From: Deltaproteobacteria bacterium
GTDB taxonomy: Bacteria > Desulfobacterota > Binatia > Binatales > Binataceae
Assembly: GCA_021780225.1 (NCBI GenBank)
Contig: JAJXZF010000027.1
Location: forward strand, 1,229-65,228
Length of the DNA: 64,000 nt
Direction of reading: 5' to 3'
The notes under the pieces are model-generated. The model made no database searches, had not been told where the DNA came from, and worked only from the letters and a program-made list of their open reading frames with translations. Below, one piece after another: positions 18,879 to 31,230 of this stretch. Made by a program: the position numbers and the translations under genes. Each line of letters opens with the position of its first letter. Position 1 is the first letter of the stretch.

Positions 18879-20078
18879 ATGGATTTCAAATACAGCGCGG
18901 AAGCCGAAGCGTTCCGTCATGAATTTCGCACCTGGCTCGAAGCGAACATGCCGAAACGCAATACCGACGGCGACGATGAACCGGGCAGCGATTTCGTCCG
19001 GACGAACGAGGACGACTGGCAGTTCAGTCTGGCGTGGCATCGCAAGATGAATTCCGGCGGATGGGTGGGCGTCAACTGGCCGAAAGCATACGGCGGCCGC
19101 GGCGCGACGCTGGAGGAAATGGTCGTTTACAACGAGGAGTTGATACGCGCGCACGCGCCGGGAATCGTCAACGGACTCGGCATCATGCTGGTCGGTCCGA
19201 CGTTGATTCATTGGGGCACCGAGGAGCAGAAGAAACGCTTCGTGCCGAAGATTTTGTCGGCGGACGAAATCTGGTGCCAGGGCTATTCCGAACCCGGATC
19301 GGGTTCCGACGTCGCCTCGCTCAAAACGCGCGCGGTCGAGGATGGCGATTACTTCGTTATCAACGGACAAAAGGTTTGGACGTCGGGGGCCGATCGCGCC
19401 GATTGGTGCATCCTGTTGACCCGCACGGATCCCGACGCGCCGAAGCACAAGGGCATCAGCTACCTGCTGGTCGATATGCACAGTCCGGGCGTGACGGTGC
19501 GGCCGCTGGTGCAGATGACCGGCGACAGGGGCTTCAACGAGGTTTTTTTCGAGGACGTGCGCGTGCCGAAGAAAAACCTCGTCGGCGAAAAGAACCAGGG
19601 ATGGCAGGTCGCGGTCACCACGCTGATGTTCGAGCGGACGTCGATCGCGGCGATGCGCGACATGATGGGTTCGGTGCGGCACTTGACGCGGCTCGCCCAG
19701 TCGGTTCGCCGCAACGGCGGCACGGCGTGGGACGACAGCGGCGTGCGCCAGCGCATCGCGGGATTCGCCTGCGAAGCGCAGGCGCTGCGCTACAGCAATC
19801 TGCGCCAACTGACGCGCCGGCTCAAAGGCTTGCCGCCGGGGCCTGAGGGATCGGCCGGCAAGCTGGTCGCGAGCGACTTAAATCTCCGGATATCGAAGTT
19901 CGCGATGGAGCTGCTCGGACCGTACAGCCAGTTCGAGCACGGCGCGGCGATGGCCGTGGACGGCGGACGCTGGTCGTACCGGATGCTTTCTGCGCGCGCG
20001 CTGACGATCGCGGGCGGCACCAGCGAAATCCAGCACAACATTATCGGCGAGCGCGTGCTCGGCCTTCCGAAAGGCTGA
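18879..20078 (+). CDS. acyl-CoA dehydrogenase family protein
   Basis: 399 aa starting MDFKYSAEAEAF (GGGAG SD). ACAD N-terminal, middle and C-terminal domains, ending ...TSEIQHNIIGERVLGLPKG. Confidence 0.85.
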   Translation: MDFKYSAEAEAFRHEFRTWLEANMPKRNTDGDDEPGSDFVRTNEDDWQFSLAWHRKMNSGGWVGVNWPKAYGGRGATLEEMVVYNEELIRAHAPGIVNGLGIMLVGPTLIHWGTEEQKKRFVPKILSADEIWCQGYSEPGSGSDVASLKTRAVEDGDYFVINGQKVWTSGADRADWCILLTRTDPDAPKHKGISYLLVDMHSPGVTVRPLVQMTGDRGFNEVFFEDVRVPKKNLVGEKNQGWQVAVTTLMFERTSIAAMRDMMGSVRHLTRLAQSVRRNGGTAWDDSGVRQRIAGFACEAQALRYSNLRQLTRRLKGLPPGPEGSAGKLVASDLNLRISKFAMELLGPYSQFEHGAAMAVDGGRWSYRMLSARALTIAGGTSEIQHNIIGERVLGLPKG

Positions 20079-20160
20079 GCGGGCGGCAAGCGCGGAGCTT
20101 CGGGGCGGCCGGATTGGCCGCCCCGATTTTTTTCGCCAGTCCGCAGCCGCGACGGCCGCA

Positions 20161-20853
20161 TCATACGCCGGCGAACCAGTCGTAACCCTGATTTTCCCAA
20201 TAGCCTCCGCTATTGTGCGGAAGGAAATTAACTTCGGCCAGGTACTTGCACATCTTGTAGCCCAGCTTGACCGCGGAATAGACGCGGAGCGGCGCGCCGT
20301 GGCCGGACGTCAGCGGATGGCCGTTCATGCCCCACGCGAGCAGGGTCTGCGGATGCATCGCGCTGGCGAGGTCCCAGCATGACCAGTAGCCCGAATCGAA
20401 CGATCGAAATTCGACGTAGCGCACGCCCTGCTTGAGTCCCGCCGCCCGCGCAAGCTCGCTCACGCGCAGCCCCTGCCATGACGCGACCGCGGACCATCCT
20501 TCGACGCAATGATGCCGCACGCGCATCGAGGTTTGCGCCATCGCCTGAAGCTCGGCGAGCTTGAATTGCCGCGGCCGATCGACGAGACCGCCGACCGATA
20601 GGAACCAGATTGGCGGAACGTCGGGCGCTTCGTCTGAAATAAAATATTCGGGAAAATCGTCTTCCGGCGTCGTCGCGGATTCGGGCAGCTCCGGCGCCAG
20701 CCGCGATGGCGAGAAAAGCGCGGCCTCGAAGCCCGCGTTCCAGTCTTTCATCGCGCGCAGGAAGGAAATCACCGGCCGGCTGTCGCATCCGGCCAGAATC
20801 GACGCCGCGGCGGCTCCCGTCACGAAGCGGCGGCGTGAGATGCGGCTATTCAC
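20161..20853 (-). CDS. Tat-exported molybdopterin-dependent oxidoreductase (sulfite-oxidase fold, YedY/MsrP-like)
   Basis: Oxidoreductase Mo-binding domain motifs (...HHCVEGWS..., ...GAPLRV...). GTG start overlapping the cytochrome b stop (GTGAATAG) yields an N-terminus VNSRISRRRFVTGAAAASILAGC with a twin-arginine motif. Confidence 0.75.
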   Translation of the reverse strand: MNSRISRRRFVTGAAAASILAGCDSRPVISFLRAMKDWNAGFEAALFSPSRLAPELPESATTPEDDFPEYFISDEAPDVPPIWFLSVGGLVDRPRQFKLAELQAMAQTSMRVRHHCVEGWSAVASWQGLRVSELARAAGLKQGVRYVEFRSFDSGYWSCWDLASAMHPQTLLAWGMNGHPLTSGHGAPLRVYSAVKLGYKMCKYLAEVNFLPHNSGGYWENQGYDWFAGV

Positions 20854-21514
20854 GTTTGCCTCCGGTGACCATCGCGAGAATTTCTTTCGGATGGAGCGCA
20901 ACGAGAACCACATGGGCCGCGACGAAAAGCGCAATCATCGCGAGACCCGCAAGATGAACGACGCGCGCGCCGTCGTATCCGCCAAACAATCGCGTGAGAA
21001 GGTGAAACTGCACGGGTTTGTAGATTGCGAGTCCCGAGAGCGCCATCGCCACGCCGATCAAAATAATCGAGGTATACGCCAACCGCTGCAGGCCGTTGTA
21101 AAAATCGCGAGGCGGCGGCTGCTTGCGGATTCGCGCGTAATAAAAAAACTGCGCGACGGCGGCGCGCGCGTCGCGCTTCGGATTGAAGATGCGCCGGCGC
21201 CATTCGCCGCTGCCCGCGAGATAGGCGAGATAGATCAGCCCGTTGATGACGAAAAACCACGCGATCGCGAAATGCCAGCGCCGTCCGCCCGCGAGCCATC
21301 CGCCGACCGTCAGCCATCCCGGCGGCGCGACCCCTTGCAACGGATACCATCCGTAGAGCGCGCCGCGCGGACCGAGATACGGATAGGCGATAAGAATTTG
21401 CAGTCCGCTGCCCGCCATCAGCACGATAATCAGGGCGTTGCACCAATGCACAATCCGTATCGGAAGCGGTTGTTGGCGTCTGAGATTCGACGCGCTTTCG
21501 GCGGACGCGGCCAT
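20846..21514 (-). CDS. cytochrome b561/Ni-hydrogenase-type b cytochrome family membrane protein (putative haem partner of the Mo enzyme)
   Basis: 222 aa with four predicted TM helices and conserved His (HWCNALIIVLM..., HFAIAWFF..., HLAGLAMI..., HVVLVALH). Translationally coupled to the downstream Mo-oxidoreductase. Confidence 0.7.
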   Translation of the reverse strand: MAASAESASNLRRQQPLPIRIVHWCNALIIVLMAGSGLQILIAYPYLGPRGALYGWYPLQGVAPPGWLTVGGWLAGGRRWHFAIAWFFVINGLIYLAYLAGSGEWRRRIFNPKRDARAAVAQFFYYARIRKQPPPRDFYNGLQRLAYTSIILIGVAMALSGLAIYKPVQFHLLTRLFGGYDGARVVHLAGLAMIALFVAAHVVLVALHPKEILAMVTGGKRE

Positions 21515-21728
21515 CGCGAAATACCTCTCCGTCGCAAGGATTGACTCTTATCCAAGCGCAAACGCGCCAGCCTCGCCAGATCGATTCCGCGTCCTCGAAG
21601 CGGATTGGCGCGGAGCTTTGCGATTTTGCGACCTCGTGTGCGAGTATTCGGCAACACGAACTTTCGCCGATATTCCGCGCCTGAACGCCGCATCGTGGCG
21701 GCCGCCTTCGGGCGGAAAGGATATGCGC

Positions 21729-22777
21729 ATGGACTTCCGATTCAGCGCCGAGGACGAGGCTTTTCGCCAGGAGTTGCGCGGATGGCTGGTGAAAAATCTG
21801 CCGTCGGACCATCGCAAGCCCGACTTCACGGTCGAATTCTTCGCCGACGAAGAAGGCGAGGAATGGGAGCGCCGCGTCGCATGGCATCAACGGATGCATT
21901 CCGGCGGATGGGTCGCGATTCATTGGCCCAACGAACATGGCGGCCGCGCGGCGAGCCTGACGCAGCAGGTGGTTTATCACGAAGAACTCGCGCGGGCCGG
22001 CGCGCCGCAGATGGTGAACGCGCAAGGCATCGCGCTCGTCGGTCCGACCCTGATGCACTGGGGAACCGAGGAACAACGCCGGCGCTATCTGCCGAAGATG
22101 CTCGCGGCGCAAGAAATCTGGCGCCAGGGATATTCCGAACCGGGTTCGGGTTCCGACCTCGCGTCGCTCAAGACCACCGCGATCGAGGACGGCGACGATT
22201 TTATCGTCAACGGCCAGAAAGTCTGGACTTCGGACGCGCATCACGCCGACATGTGCTTCCTGCTCGTGCGGAGCGATCCCGACGCGCCCAAACACAAAGG
22301 CATCACTTATCTGCTCGTCGATATGCATGCTCCCGGAATCTCGGTACGGCCGCTGGTGCAACTCACCGGCGATCGCGGCTTCAACGAAGTATTCTTCGAG
22401 GACGTGCGCGTACCGAAAGCGAATATCGTCGGCGGCAAGAACAACGGGTGGCTGGTGGCGCTGACCTCCCTGATGTACGAACGGCGCGCGCGCGATATGA
22501 CGCCGCTGGTCGAAGACCTGGCGCGGGTCGCAAAATCGCTTGAACGCAACGTAAAATTGGCATGGGAAGACGCGCGCGTGCGGCAGCGGCTGGCCGAGTT
22601 TCGCGCCGAGGCGGAAGCAGTGCGGCTGATGGAATTGCGTCAGTTGACCGCGCGCTTGACGGCGGACGATGGCTGTACCGGATGCTCGCGGCGCGCGGAC
22701 TGACGATCGCCGCCGGAACCAGCGAAATTCAGAAAAATATCATCGGCGAGCGGATGCTCGGATTGCCGAAAGGTTAG
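21729..22777 (+). pseudogene. acyl-CoA dehydrogenase paralog, disrupted near C-terminus (about 146-nt deletion plus frameshift)
   Basis: About 65-70 % aa identity to the 18879-20078 product through ...[14 protein letters not shown]. The frame then shifts: the track shows a 21438-22703 ORF ending ...[10 protein letters not shown] and a separate 22562-22777 ORF encoding the conserved C-terminus ...[37 protein letters not shown]. The stretch equivalent to about 49 aa of the paralog (LKGLPPGPEGSAGKLVASDLNLRISKFAMELLGPYSQFEHGAAMAVDG) is absent. Total length 1049 nt, not a multiple of 3. Confidence 0.6.
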
Positions 22778-22864
22778 AGAAGCGCCGCGTGGTCGAGATG
22801 ACCGCGCTCGGATTTTCCCGGCGTGGCTTTCCGCAATTGCTTTGACCGGAGTTTTGCCGATTGG

Positions 22865-23029
22865 GATTCTTCGCTGCGCTCAGTAATGACATGATGAGGC
22901 GTCTTGCCGTCATTCTGAGAGTTTGTGAATTTTTGCGGCACGGACGTTCTTATACCGTTCGCCGGCCAAAATACTTCAAGCGCCAAGCCTGTTTTTGTCA
23001 TTCTGAGCGCAGCGGAGAATCCCGGGATT
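22865..23029. repeat. cluster of palindromic REP-like repeats (inverted copies of GTCATTNTGAGCGCAGCGRAGAATCC plus 12-bp palindrome AATCCCGGGATT)
   Basis: 22865-22890 GGATTCTTCGCTGCGCTCAGTAATGAC is the reverse complement of 22997-23022 GTCATTCTGAGCGCAGCGGAGAATCC. A third partial copy GTCATTCTGAGA sits at 22909-22920. Perfect palindrome at 23018-23029. Confidence 0.5.
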
Positions 23030-23150
23030 TCCTTCTGCGGAAGTCAGGGCGGGCTTTCGCTCCGTCGCGGTCGCTTGACGAACGATCCCGAACCGAACTA
23101 CTTGAATTCGGGCCAGGTTACGAAATCCAGAATCGAATCGAGGCGAAGCC

Positions 23151-24323
23151 ATGCGCGAAACAAACGAAAGCATCCACAAGCTCAAATACCCCGGTGCGGT
23201 TGACGCCGACGGGCACATCCTTGAGGACAAGCGCCTTTGGGAGCAGTACTGCGAAGCCCGCTACAAACCTACCGCGCTGCGCATCAAGGAGGATGAAGAG
23301 GGTTTCGAATACCTTGAAATCGAAGGCCGCCCATCGAGAGTTTCGCGCAAGGGCGCGTTCAGCAGCGTCGCCGCGATGGGCGAAGTTACGCGCGAAAAGG
23401 GTTCGTTCGATCCGCGCCGCAAATACGGCGAAAACGCGCCGTTCGGCGCGGTCGGCGCGAAGGAGCGCGTGGAACGGCTCGACCGGGAAAATCTTCGCGC
23501 GGCCATCATTTACCCAAGTCTCGCCCTGACCTGGGAGACCGAATGCGAAAACGCCGATTACGCGCAGGCGATGACTCGCGCCTATAACCGCTGGATCGTC
23601 GATTGGTGCGGCGAGAATCCGTCGCGGCTGATTCCGGTCGCCCATCTGTCGCTGGGCGACCCCGCCGCCGCAGCCGCCGAACTCGAGCGCTCCGTCAAGG
23701 CGGGCTGCAAGGGCGGATGGGTCGTTCAATTCACGATGACGCGGAAGCCGCACGCTCATTCCGATCACGACGCGCTCTTCGCCAAAGCGCAGGAGCTCGA
23801 CGTGCCGATAGGAATCCACGTATCGCTCGAGCCGCAATGGGCGCTGCCGGGCCGCTACGCCCTCGATCATGTGCGCAAGCAGAATTTCTTCCTGAATGTG
23901 ACCGCGTCGGACGCGAGCCGGCATGCGCTGACGAGTTTCTTTCAATACGGCACTTTCGATCGTTTTCCCAAACTCAAGATCATAATTCTGGAGGTTGGCG
24001 CGGGCTGGACGAGTTACTGGTTCGACCGGCTGGACGCCGTTTACGGCAGCATCATGGGACGCGGCGTGCCGCTGAAGGAGCGCCCCAGCAGCTATTTCAA
24101 CAGGAACATCTGGGTCTCGGCCGATCCTGACGAACACGCGCTGCCCTCGATGATGGAACTGTGCGGCGAGGACCGCTTCTTCTGGGCCTCGGATTTTCCC
24201 CATCCCGACCATACCGGCGACTATCTCGAGGAACTTGAAGAGGTCGCGGAGAAACTTTCTCCGGCCCGGCGCGCGAAGCTGCTCGGCGAGAACGTGATTC
24301 GCGCCTACAATCTGAAATTCTGA
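23151..24323 (+). CDS. amidohydrolase-2 family metal-dependent hydrolase (ACMSD-like)
   Basis: 390 aa, TIM-barrel amidohydrolase PF04909-like (..VDADGHIL.., ..IGIHVS.., ..WASDFPHPD..). Confidence 0.8.
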   Translation: MRETNESIHKLKYPGAVDADGHILEDKRLWEQYCEARYKPTALRIKEDEEGFEYLEIEGRPSRVSRKGAFSSVAAMGEVTREKGSFDPRRKYGENAPFGAVGAKERVERLDRENLRAAIIYPSLALTWETECENADYAQAMTRAYNRWIVDWCGENPSRLIPVAHLSLGDPAAAAAELERSVKAGCKGGWVVQFTMTRKPHAHSDHDALFAKAQELDVPIGIHVSLEPQWALPGRYALDHVRKQNFFLNVTASDASRHALTSFFQYGTFDRFPKLKIIILEVGAGWTSYWFDRLDAVYGSIMGRGVPLKERPSSYFNRNIWVSADPDEHALPSMMELCGEDRFFWASDFPHPDHTGDYLEELEEVAEKLSPARRAKLLGENVIRAYNLKF

Positions 24324-24369
24324 TTCTTCAATCCTCCCGCGGCGCGTATTGTCCGCGGCAAAAAAGAAA

Positions 24370-24406
24370 AGCCCCGCGGCCGTTCGGACCGCGGGGCTTC
24401 GTTTTT
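24370..24406. terminator. bidirectional rho-independent terminator between convergent amidohydrolase and korB
   Basis: GCCCCGCGG-ccgttcgga-CCGCGGGGC stem-loop, flanked by A-run upstream and TTCGTTTTTT downstream. Confidence 0.6.
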
Positions 24407-24426
24407 TACAACGGACCTTACGGCGA

Positions 24427-25431
24427 CTAGTTGACGGTCCAGGTATCGCCGCGTTTCAGCAGATCCGCCAGATTGCCCTCGCCCTGCTTCGCCCGCGCCT
24501 CAGCCAACTGCGCGTTCGTCGCCGCGTCATAAGTCGGCCTACCGATCGCGTAGAACACGCCGACCGGCGTCGGCATCGGCGCCTGAAGGTTGCCCAACAT
24601 GAACGCGAGGCCGAGATTGGTCTCGTCGTGAACGATTAAATCCGCCTCGGTCACGCCGTTGCCCAGCGTCACGACCTCGGGCCGGTTGCCGTTCATCTTG
24701 ACGCCCTTGTCGCGGTTCTTGCCGAAGATCAGCGGCTTGCCATGTTCAAGCGCCAACTGGTGGTCGGCTTTGATCGCCTTGTCGGTGACATCGTTGAACG
24801 CGCCGTCGTTGAAGATATTGCAGTTCTGCAGGATTTCGACGAACGACGCGCCGCGATGGCCATGCGCGCGCTTCAGCGTGTCGCCCAGATGTTTCTGCTC
24901 GACGTCGATCGAGCGGGCGACAAACGTCGCATTCGCTCCCAACGCGATGGTAATCGGGTTGAATGGAAAATCGACCGAACCCATCGGCGACGATTTCGTC
25001 ACCTTGCCGACTTCGGAAGTCGGCGAATACTGCCCCTTGGTCAATCCGTAAATTTGATTGTTGAAGAGCAGGATGTTGAGATCGATATTGCGCCGAAGCG
25101 CGTGAATCAGATGATTTCCGCCGATCGACAGGCCGTCGCCGTCGCCGGTAACCACCCAGACATCCAGATCGGGACGGGTAATCTTGAGGCCGGTCGCGAT
25201 CGCCGGCGCGCGGCCGTGAATCGTATGAAATCCGTACGTGTTCATGTAGTACGGAAACCGGCTCGAACAGCCGATGCCGGAAATGAACACCACGTTTTCA
25301 CGCGGAATTCCAAACTCCGGCATCACCTTCTGCACCTGCGCCAGAATCGCGTAGTCGCCGCATCCCGGACACCAGCGCACTTCCTGGTCGGAAACGAAAT
25401 CTTTTCGCGTAAGCGCCGTAGCCATCGCCAA
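24427..25431 (-). CDS. korB: 2-oxoglutarate:ferredoxin oxidoreductase subunit beta
   Basis: 334 aa. TPP-binding beta subunit motifs (WCPGCGDY..., GIGCSSRFPYY, VTGDGDGLSIGGNHL). Confidence 0.9.
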   Translation of the reverse strand: MAMATALTRKDFVSDQEVRWCPGCGDYAILAQVQKVMPEFGIPRENVVFISGIGCSSRFPYYMNTYGFHTIHGRAPAIATGLKITRPDLDVWVVTGDGDGLSIGGNHLIHALRRNIDLNILLFNNQIYGLTKGQYSPTSEVGKVTKSSPMGSVDFPFNPITIALGANATFVARSIDVEQKHLGDTLKRAHGHRGASFVEILQNCNIFNDGAFNDVTDKAIKADHQLALEHGKPLIFGKNRDKGVKMNGNRPEVVTLGNGVTEADLIVHDETNLGLAFMLGNLQAPMPTPVGVFYAIGRPTYDAATNAQLAEARAKQGEGNLADLLKRGDTWTVN

Positions 25432-27330
25432 TCAGCCCTCCAACGATCGCGAGATCCGGTTGATCAGCTCGTTGACCTTGAACGGGCGTCCCTGGATCTT
25501 GTTGCAGCCAATCGCGTCAATCAAATAATCGGCGCGCACCATCTTGAGCAGTTGCCCCATATTCATCTCGGCGACCAGCACCTTCTTGAATTTGCGCAAT
25601 TGATCGCCAAGGTCCGCAGGCAGCGGATTGAGGTAACGCAGATGAATATGCGAAACGCTTTTGCCACGGTCTCGCATCTGCTTCACCGCTTCGCGCACGG
25701 CGCCGTAGGTGGAACCCCATCCGAGCACGGCCAGATCGCCGCCGTTCGCGTCGCCAAAGATTGACGTGGGCGGAATTTCGCGCGCGATTCCCGCGATTTT
25801 CCGCGCCCGCGTCCGCACCATCAGTTCGTTATTGGCGGGAGAATAGCTGACGTTGCCGGTCTGATCTTCGCTCGAAAGGCCGCCGATCCGATGCTCCAAG
25901 CCGGGCGTGCCGGGCACTGCCCACGGACGCGAAAGCGTTTCGGGATCGCGCTTGTATGGCAGGAATCCATCGGGATTCGACGCGAATTCGACTTTGATCG
26001 GCGCCAGCTTGCTTACGTCCGGCAGCAGCCACGGCTCCGCGCCGTTCGCCAGTTGTCCATCCGTAAGCAGAATCACCGGCGTCATGTATTTGACCGCGAG
26101 CCGGACCGCTTCGTACGCGCACTCGAAGCAGTCGGCCGGCGTCGCCGCGGCGATAATCGGAATCGGCGATTCGCCGTGCCGGCCATACATCGCCATCAGC
26201 AGGTCCGCCTGTTCCGGCTTGGTCGGCATCCCGGTGGACGGCCCGGCGCGCTGAATGTCCGTGATCACCATCGGCAACTCGGTTTTTACCGCAAGGCCGA
26301 TCGCTTCCGCCTTGAGGTTCATGCCGGGACCCGAGGTGGTGGTGAGCGCGATCGCGCCGCCGAACGCCGCGCCGATCGCGGAGCTTACTCCGGCGATTTC
26401 GTCTTCCGCCTGAAAGGTGTAAACGCCGAAGTTCTTGAACGCCGCCAACTCATGCAACACGTCGCTGGCGGGCGTGATCGGATATGAGCCAAGAAAAATC
26501 GGGCGTCCCGATTGCACCGCCGCCGCGACGAAGCCGAGCGCCGTCGCGGTGTTGCCGGTGATGTTGCGATAGAGGCCCGGAACAATCTTCGCCGGCTCGA
26601 CTTCATACGAGCTTGCGAACATCTCGGTCGTGTCGCCGTAATTGAATCCGGCTTTCAACGCCAGCAGGTTGGCGTTCAGCAATTCCGGAGTCTTTTTGAA
26701 GCGCCCCTCAAGCCAGCGCACGGTGCTTTCGATCGGGCGCTGGAACAGCCACGACAGCATTCCGAGCACGAACATATTCCGGCAGCGGAAGACCGCGCGA
26801 TTGTTCAGTCCCGTGCCGTGCAGGGCCGCCGTGGTCAGCTTCGCTACATCAACCTGAAAGACCTGGAATTTGTCCAGCGAATGGTCGGTCAGCGGATTGG
26901 AAGCGTAACCCGCCCGCTTGACGTTCGCCTCGGTGAACGCTTCGCGATCGACGATGATGACGCCGTTGGGCGGCAGGTCGTCCAAATTCGCCTTGAGCGC
27001 CGCGGGATTCATCGCGACCAGCACGTTCGGCTCGTCGCCGGCGGTAAAGACTTCACGGCTCGAAAAATTGAGCTGAAAGCCGCTCACGCCGGCGATCGTG
27101 CCGGCAGGGGCGCGGATTTCGGCCGGAAAATCGGGCAGCGTGGCGATATCGTTACCGGCCAGCGCGGATTCGGCGGTGAACTGCATCCCCGCCAGCTGCA
27201 TTCCGTCACCCGAGTCGCCCGCAAAACGGATTACGACGCTGTCGCGCCGCGCGTGCGGCTTCGCGGCGGCGCCGCCTCCGAGACCTGAGGACTCGGCGGC
27301 GTGTCCGGCCGCCTCAGGTGGTAGAGCCAT
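25432..27330 (-). CDS. korA: 2-oxoglutarate:ferredoxin oxidoreductase subunit alpha
   Basis: 632 aa, KorA/PorA-like (GDSGDGMQLAG..., SYPITPASD..., transketolase-C-like C-domain). Stop abuts korB start. Confidence 0.9.
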   Translation of the reverse strand: MALPPEAAGHAAESSGLGGGAAAKPHARRDSVVIRFAGDSGDGMQLAGMQFTAESALAGNDIATLPDFPAEIRAPAGTIAGVSGFQLNFSSREVFTAGDEPNVLVAMNPAALKANLDDLPPNGVIIVDREAFTEANVKRAGYASNPLTDHSLDKFQVFQVDVAKLTTAALHGTGLNNRAVFRCRNMFVLGMLSWLFQRPIESTVRWLEGRFKKTPELLNANLLALKAGFNYGDTTEMFASSYEVEPAKIVPGLYRNITGNTATALGFVAAAVQSGRPIFLGSYPITPASDVLHELAAFKNFGVYTFQAEDEIAGVSSAIGAAFGGAIALTTTSGPGMNLKAEAIGLAVKTELPMVITDIQRAGPSTGMPTKPEQADLLMAMYGRHGESPIPIIAAATPADCFECAYEAVRLAVKYMTPVILLTDGQLANGAEPWLLPDVSKLAPIKVEFASNPDGFLPYKRDPETLSRPWAVPGTPGLEHRIGGLSSEDQTGNVSYSPANNELMVRTRARKIAGIAREIPPTSIFGDANGGDLAVLGWGSTYGAVREAVKQMRDRGKSVSHIHLRYLNPLPADLGDQLRKFKKVLVAEMNMGQLLKMVRADYLIDAIGCNKIQGRPFKVNELINRISRSLEG

Positions 27331-27477
27331 TTCCCTCGATACTCCTCTTTGGCTGACAGCCCGCCCGCGGCGCGCAATCGCGACGCGTTAGCTGGACCGA
27401 TAGTTTAAATGTCGATCTAGAACTATAGCTAATGACGCCCGTAAGTTAAAGGGATTCAGCCAGCGCTCGCCTGACCG

Positions 27478-29807
<2,330 letters not shown>

Positions 29808-29851
29808 TCAACCGGCGCGCGCTATGAAGTTCGCTTCGGCGCCGAAAATCC

Positions 29852-30538
29852 TCACCGGCTGTAGCCCATCGCGTCGAGAAAATCGTCCAAGGTCGGAAAG
29901 CGCATATACATATTGTGCCGCTTTTGATTTCCGATCGTCGTGTATGGCTCCGACGAATAGGCATGACCCGGAAATACCACCGTCGAATCGTCGAGATTGC
30001 GCAGCGTATGGTTCAGGCTGTGGTACATCGCTTCTGGATCCGATCCCGGCAAATCGACGCGGCCACAGGAGTTCACGAACAGCGTATCGCCCGAAATGAG
30101 ATTGCCTTCGACAAGGAAGCACTGCGAGCCGGGCGTATGGCCGGGAGTGTGCAGGAATTTTACGTCCAAACCGCCAATCTTGAACGTGTCGCCCGCTTCG
30201 ACCTTGACCAAATCGGACTCGCTCAGCCCCGAAACCTTGCGTACGCCCTCGGCTTCTTCCTTGTTGACGTAAACCTTCACGCCGATTTTGCCGACCAGCT
30301 CGGACGCGCCCTGAATATTGTGGCCCATCAACGAACCGCCCAAATGGTCTGGATGGTAATGCGTAATGAGTATTTTATCGATCGCGTAGCCGTCGTTTTG
30401 CGCCAACTCCAGAATCGCCGCCACGTCCCACGCCGGATCGACCACGGCCGCCGTACGCGTCTCGGGATCGCCAACCAGATAAACGAAATTCGCCATCGGG
30501 CCGATCTGCGCCTGCCGCAGATGTATTTTTTGCGCCAT
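29852..30538 (-). CDS. MBL-fold metallo-hydrolase (glyoxalase II-like)
   Basis: 228 aa with THYHPDHLGG metal-binding motif and downstream HTPGHTPG. Confidence 0.8.
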   Translation of the reverse strand: MAQKIHLRQAQIGPMANFVYLVGDPETRTAAVVDPAWDVAAILELAQNDGYAIDKILITHYHPDHLGGSLMGHNIQGASELVGKIGVKVYVNKEEAEGVRKVSGLSESDLVKVEAGDTFKIGGLDVKFLHTPGHTPGSQCFLVEGNLISGDTLFVNSCGRVDLPGSDPEAMYHSLNHTLRNLDDSTVVFPGHAYSSEPYTTIGNQKRHNMYMRFPTLDDFLDAMGYSR

Positions 30539-30582
30539 CGACTGGAACGCTCCTGACCGTCCCGGTAATTTCCGCCCGCTCT

Positions 30583-31230
30583 CTATTCGCCGCGTGCGGC
30601 GTTTTTGCGCCGCGCCGCGCGCGGTTCACGAGGGTCCAATCGCAAGCCACGGTCCCAGACGAACTCCGGCTCGCCCAGCCGCTTCGCGACCCATCGCGAT
30701 TGCACGAACAGATGGTCGCTCAGCCGGTTGATATATTTCAGCAGATGCTCGTTGACCGGAACTTCGCGGTTCAGCCGCCATCCGACCCGCTCCGCGCGCC
30801 GGCAGACCGTGCGCGCCTGATGCAAAAACGCGTTCAGCACGCCGCCCCCCGGCAACGTGAACGAATTCAGCGGTTCGAGCGCTTCCTGCATCCGATCCAT
30901 CTCGTGTTCGAGCGCCTCAATCTCGCCCTCGCCCATCCGATGCATCCCCGGATATTCGGCGCCGGCCGGCGTCGCCAGCTCGCTGCCGACGTCGAACAAC
31001 TCGTTCTGGATCCGCCGTAGCATCTCGGAATACCACTCGAAATCGCCGCCCAGCCGTTCGCGATAATCGAGAAGATAGGTCCGCACGACGCCGACGATGG
31101 AATTCAACTCATCGATCGTGCCGTAGGCCTCAAGCCGCTCGCTCTCTTTTGGCACGCGCTCCCCGCCGACCAGGCCGGTCAGCCCCTTGTCGCCCGAGCG
31201 CGTATATATCTTTGTCAGCCGAATCGCCAT
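30583..31230 (-). CDS. cob(I)yrinic acid a,c-diamide / cob(I)alamin adenosyltransferase, PduO-type
   Basis: N-terminus MAIRLTKIYTRSGDKGLTGL matches PduO-type ATR signature (KIYTKTGDKGxT). About 190-aa helical bundle. Confidence 0.75.
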   Translation of the reverse strand: MAIRLTKIYTRSGDKGLTGLVGGERVPKESERLEAYGTIDELNSIVGVVRTYLLDYRERLGGDFEWYSEMLRRIQNELFDVGSELATPAGAEYPGMHRMGEGEIEALEHEMDRMQEALEPLNSFTLPGGGVLNAFLHQARTVCRRAERVGWRLNREVPVNEHLLKYINRLSDHLFVQSRWVAKRLGEPEFVWDRGLRLDPREPRAARRKNAARGE

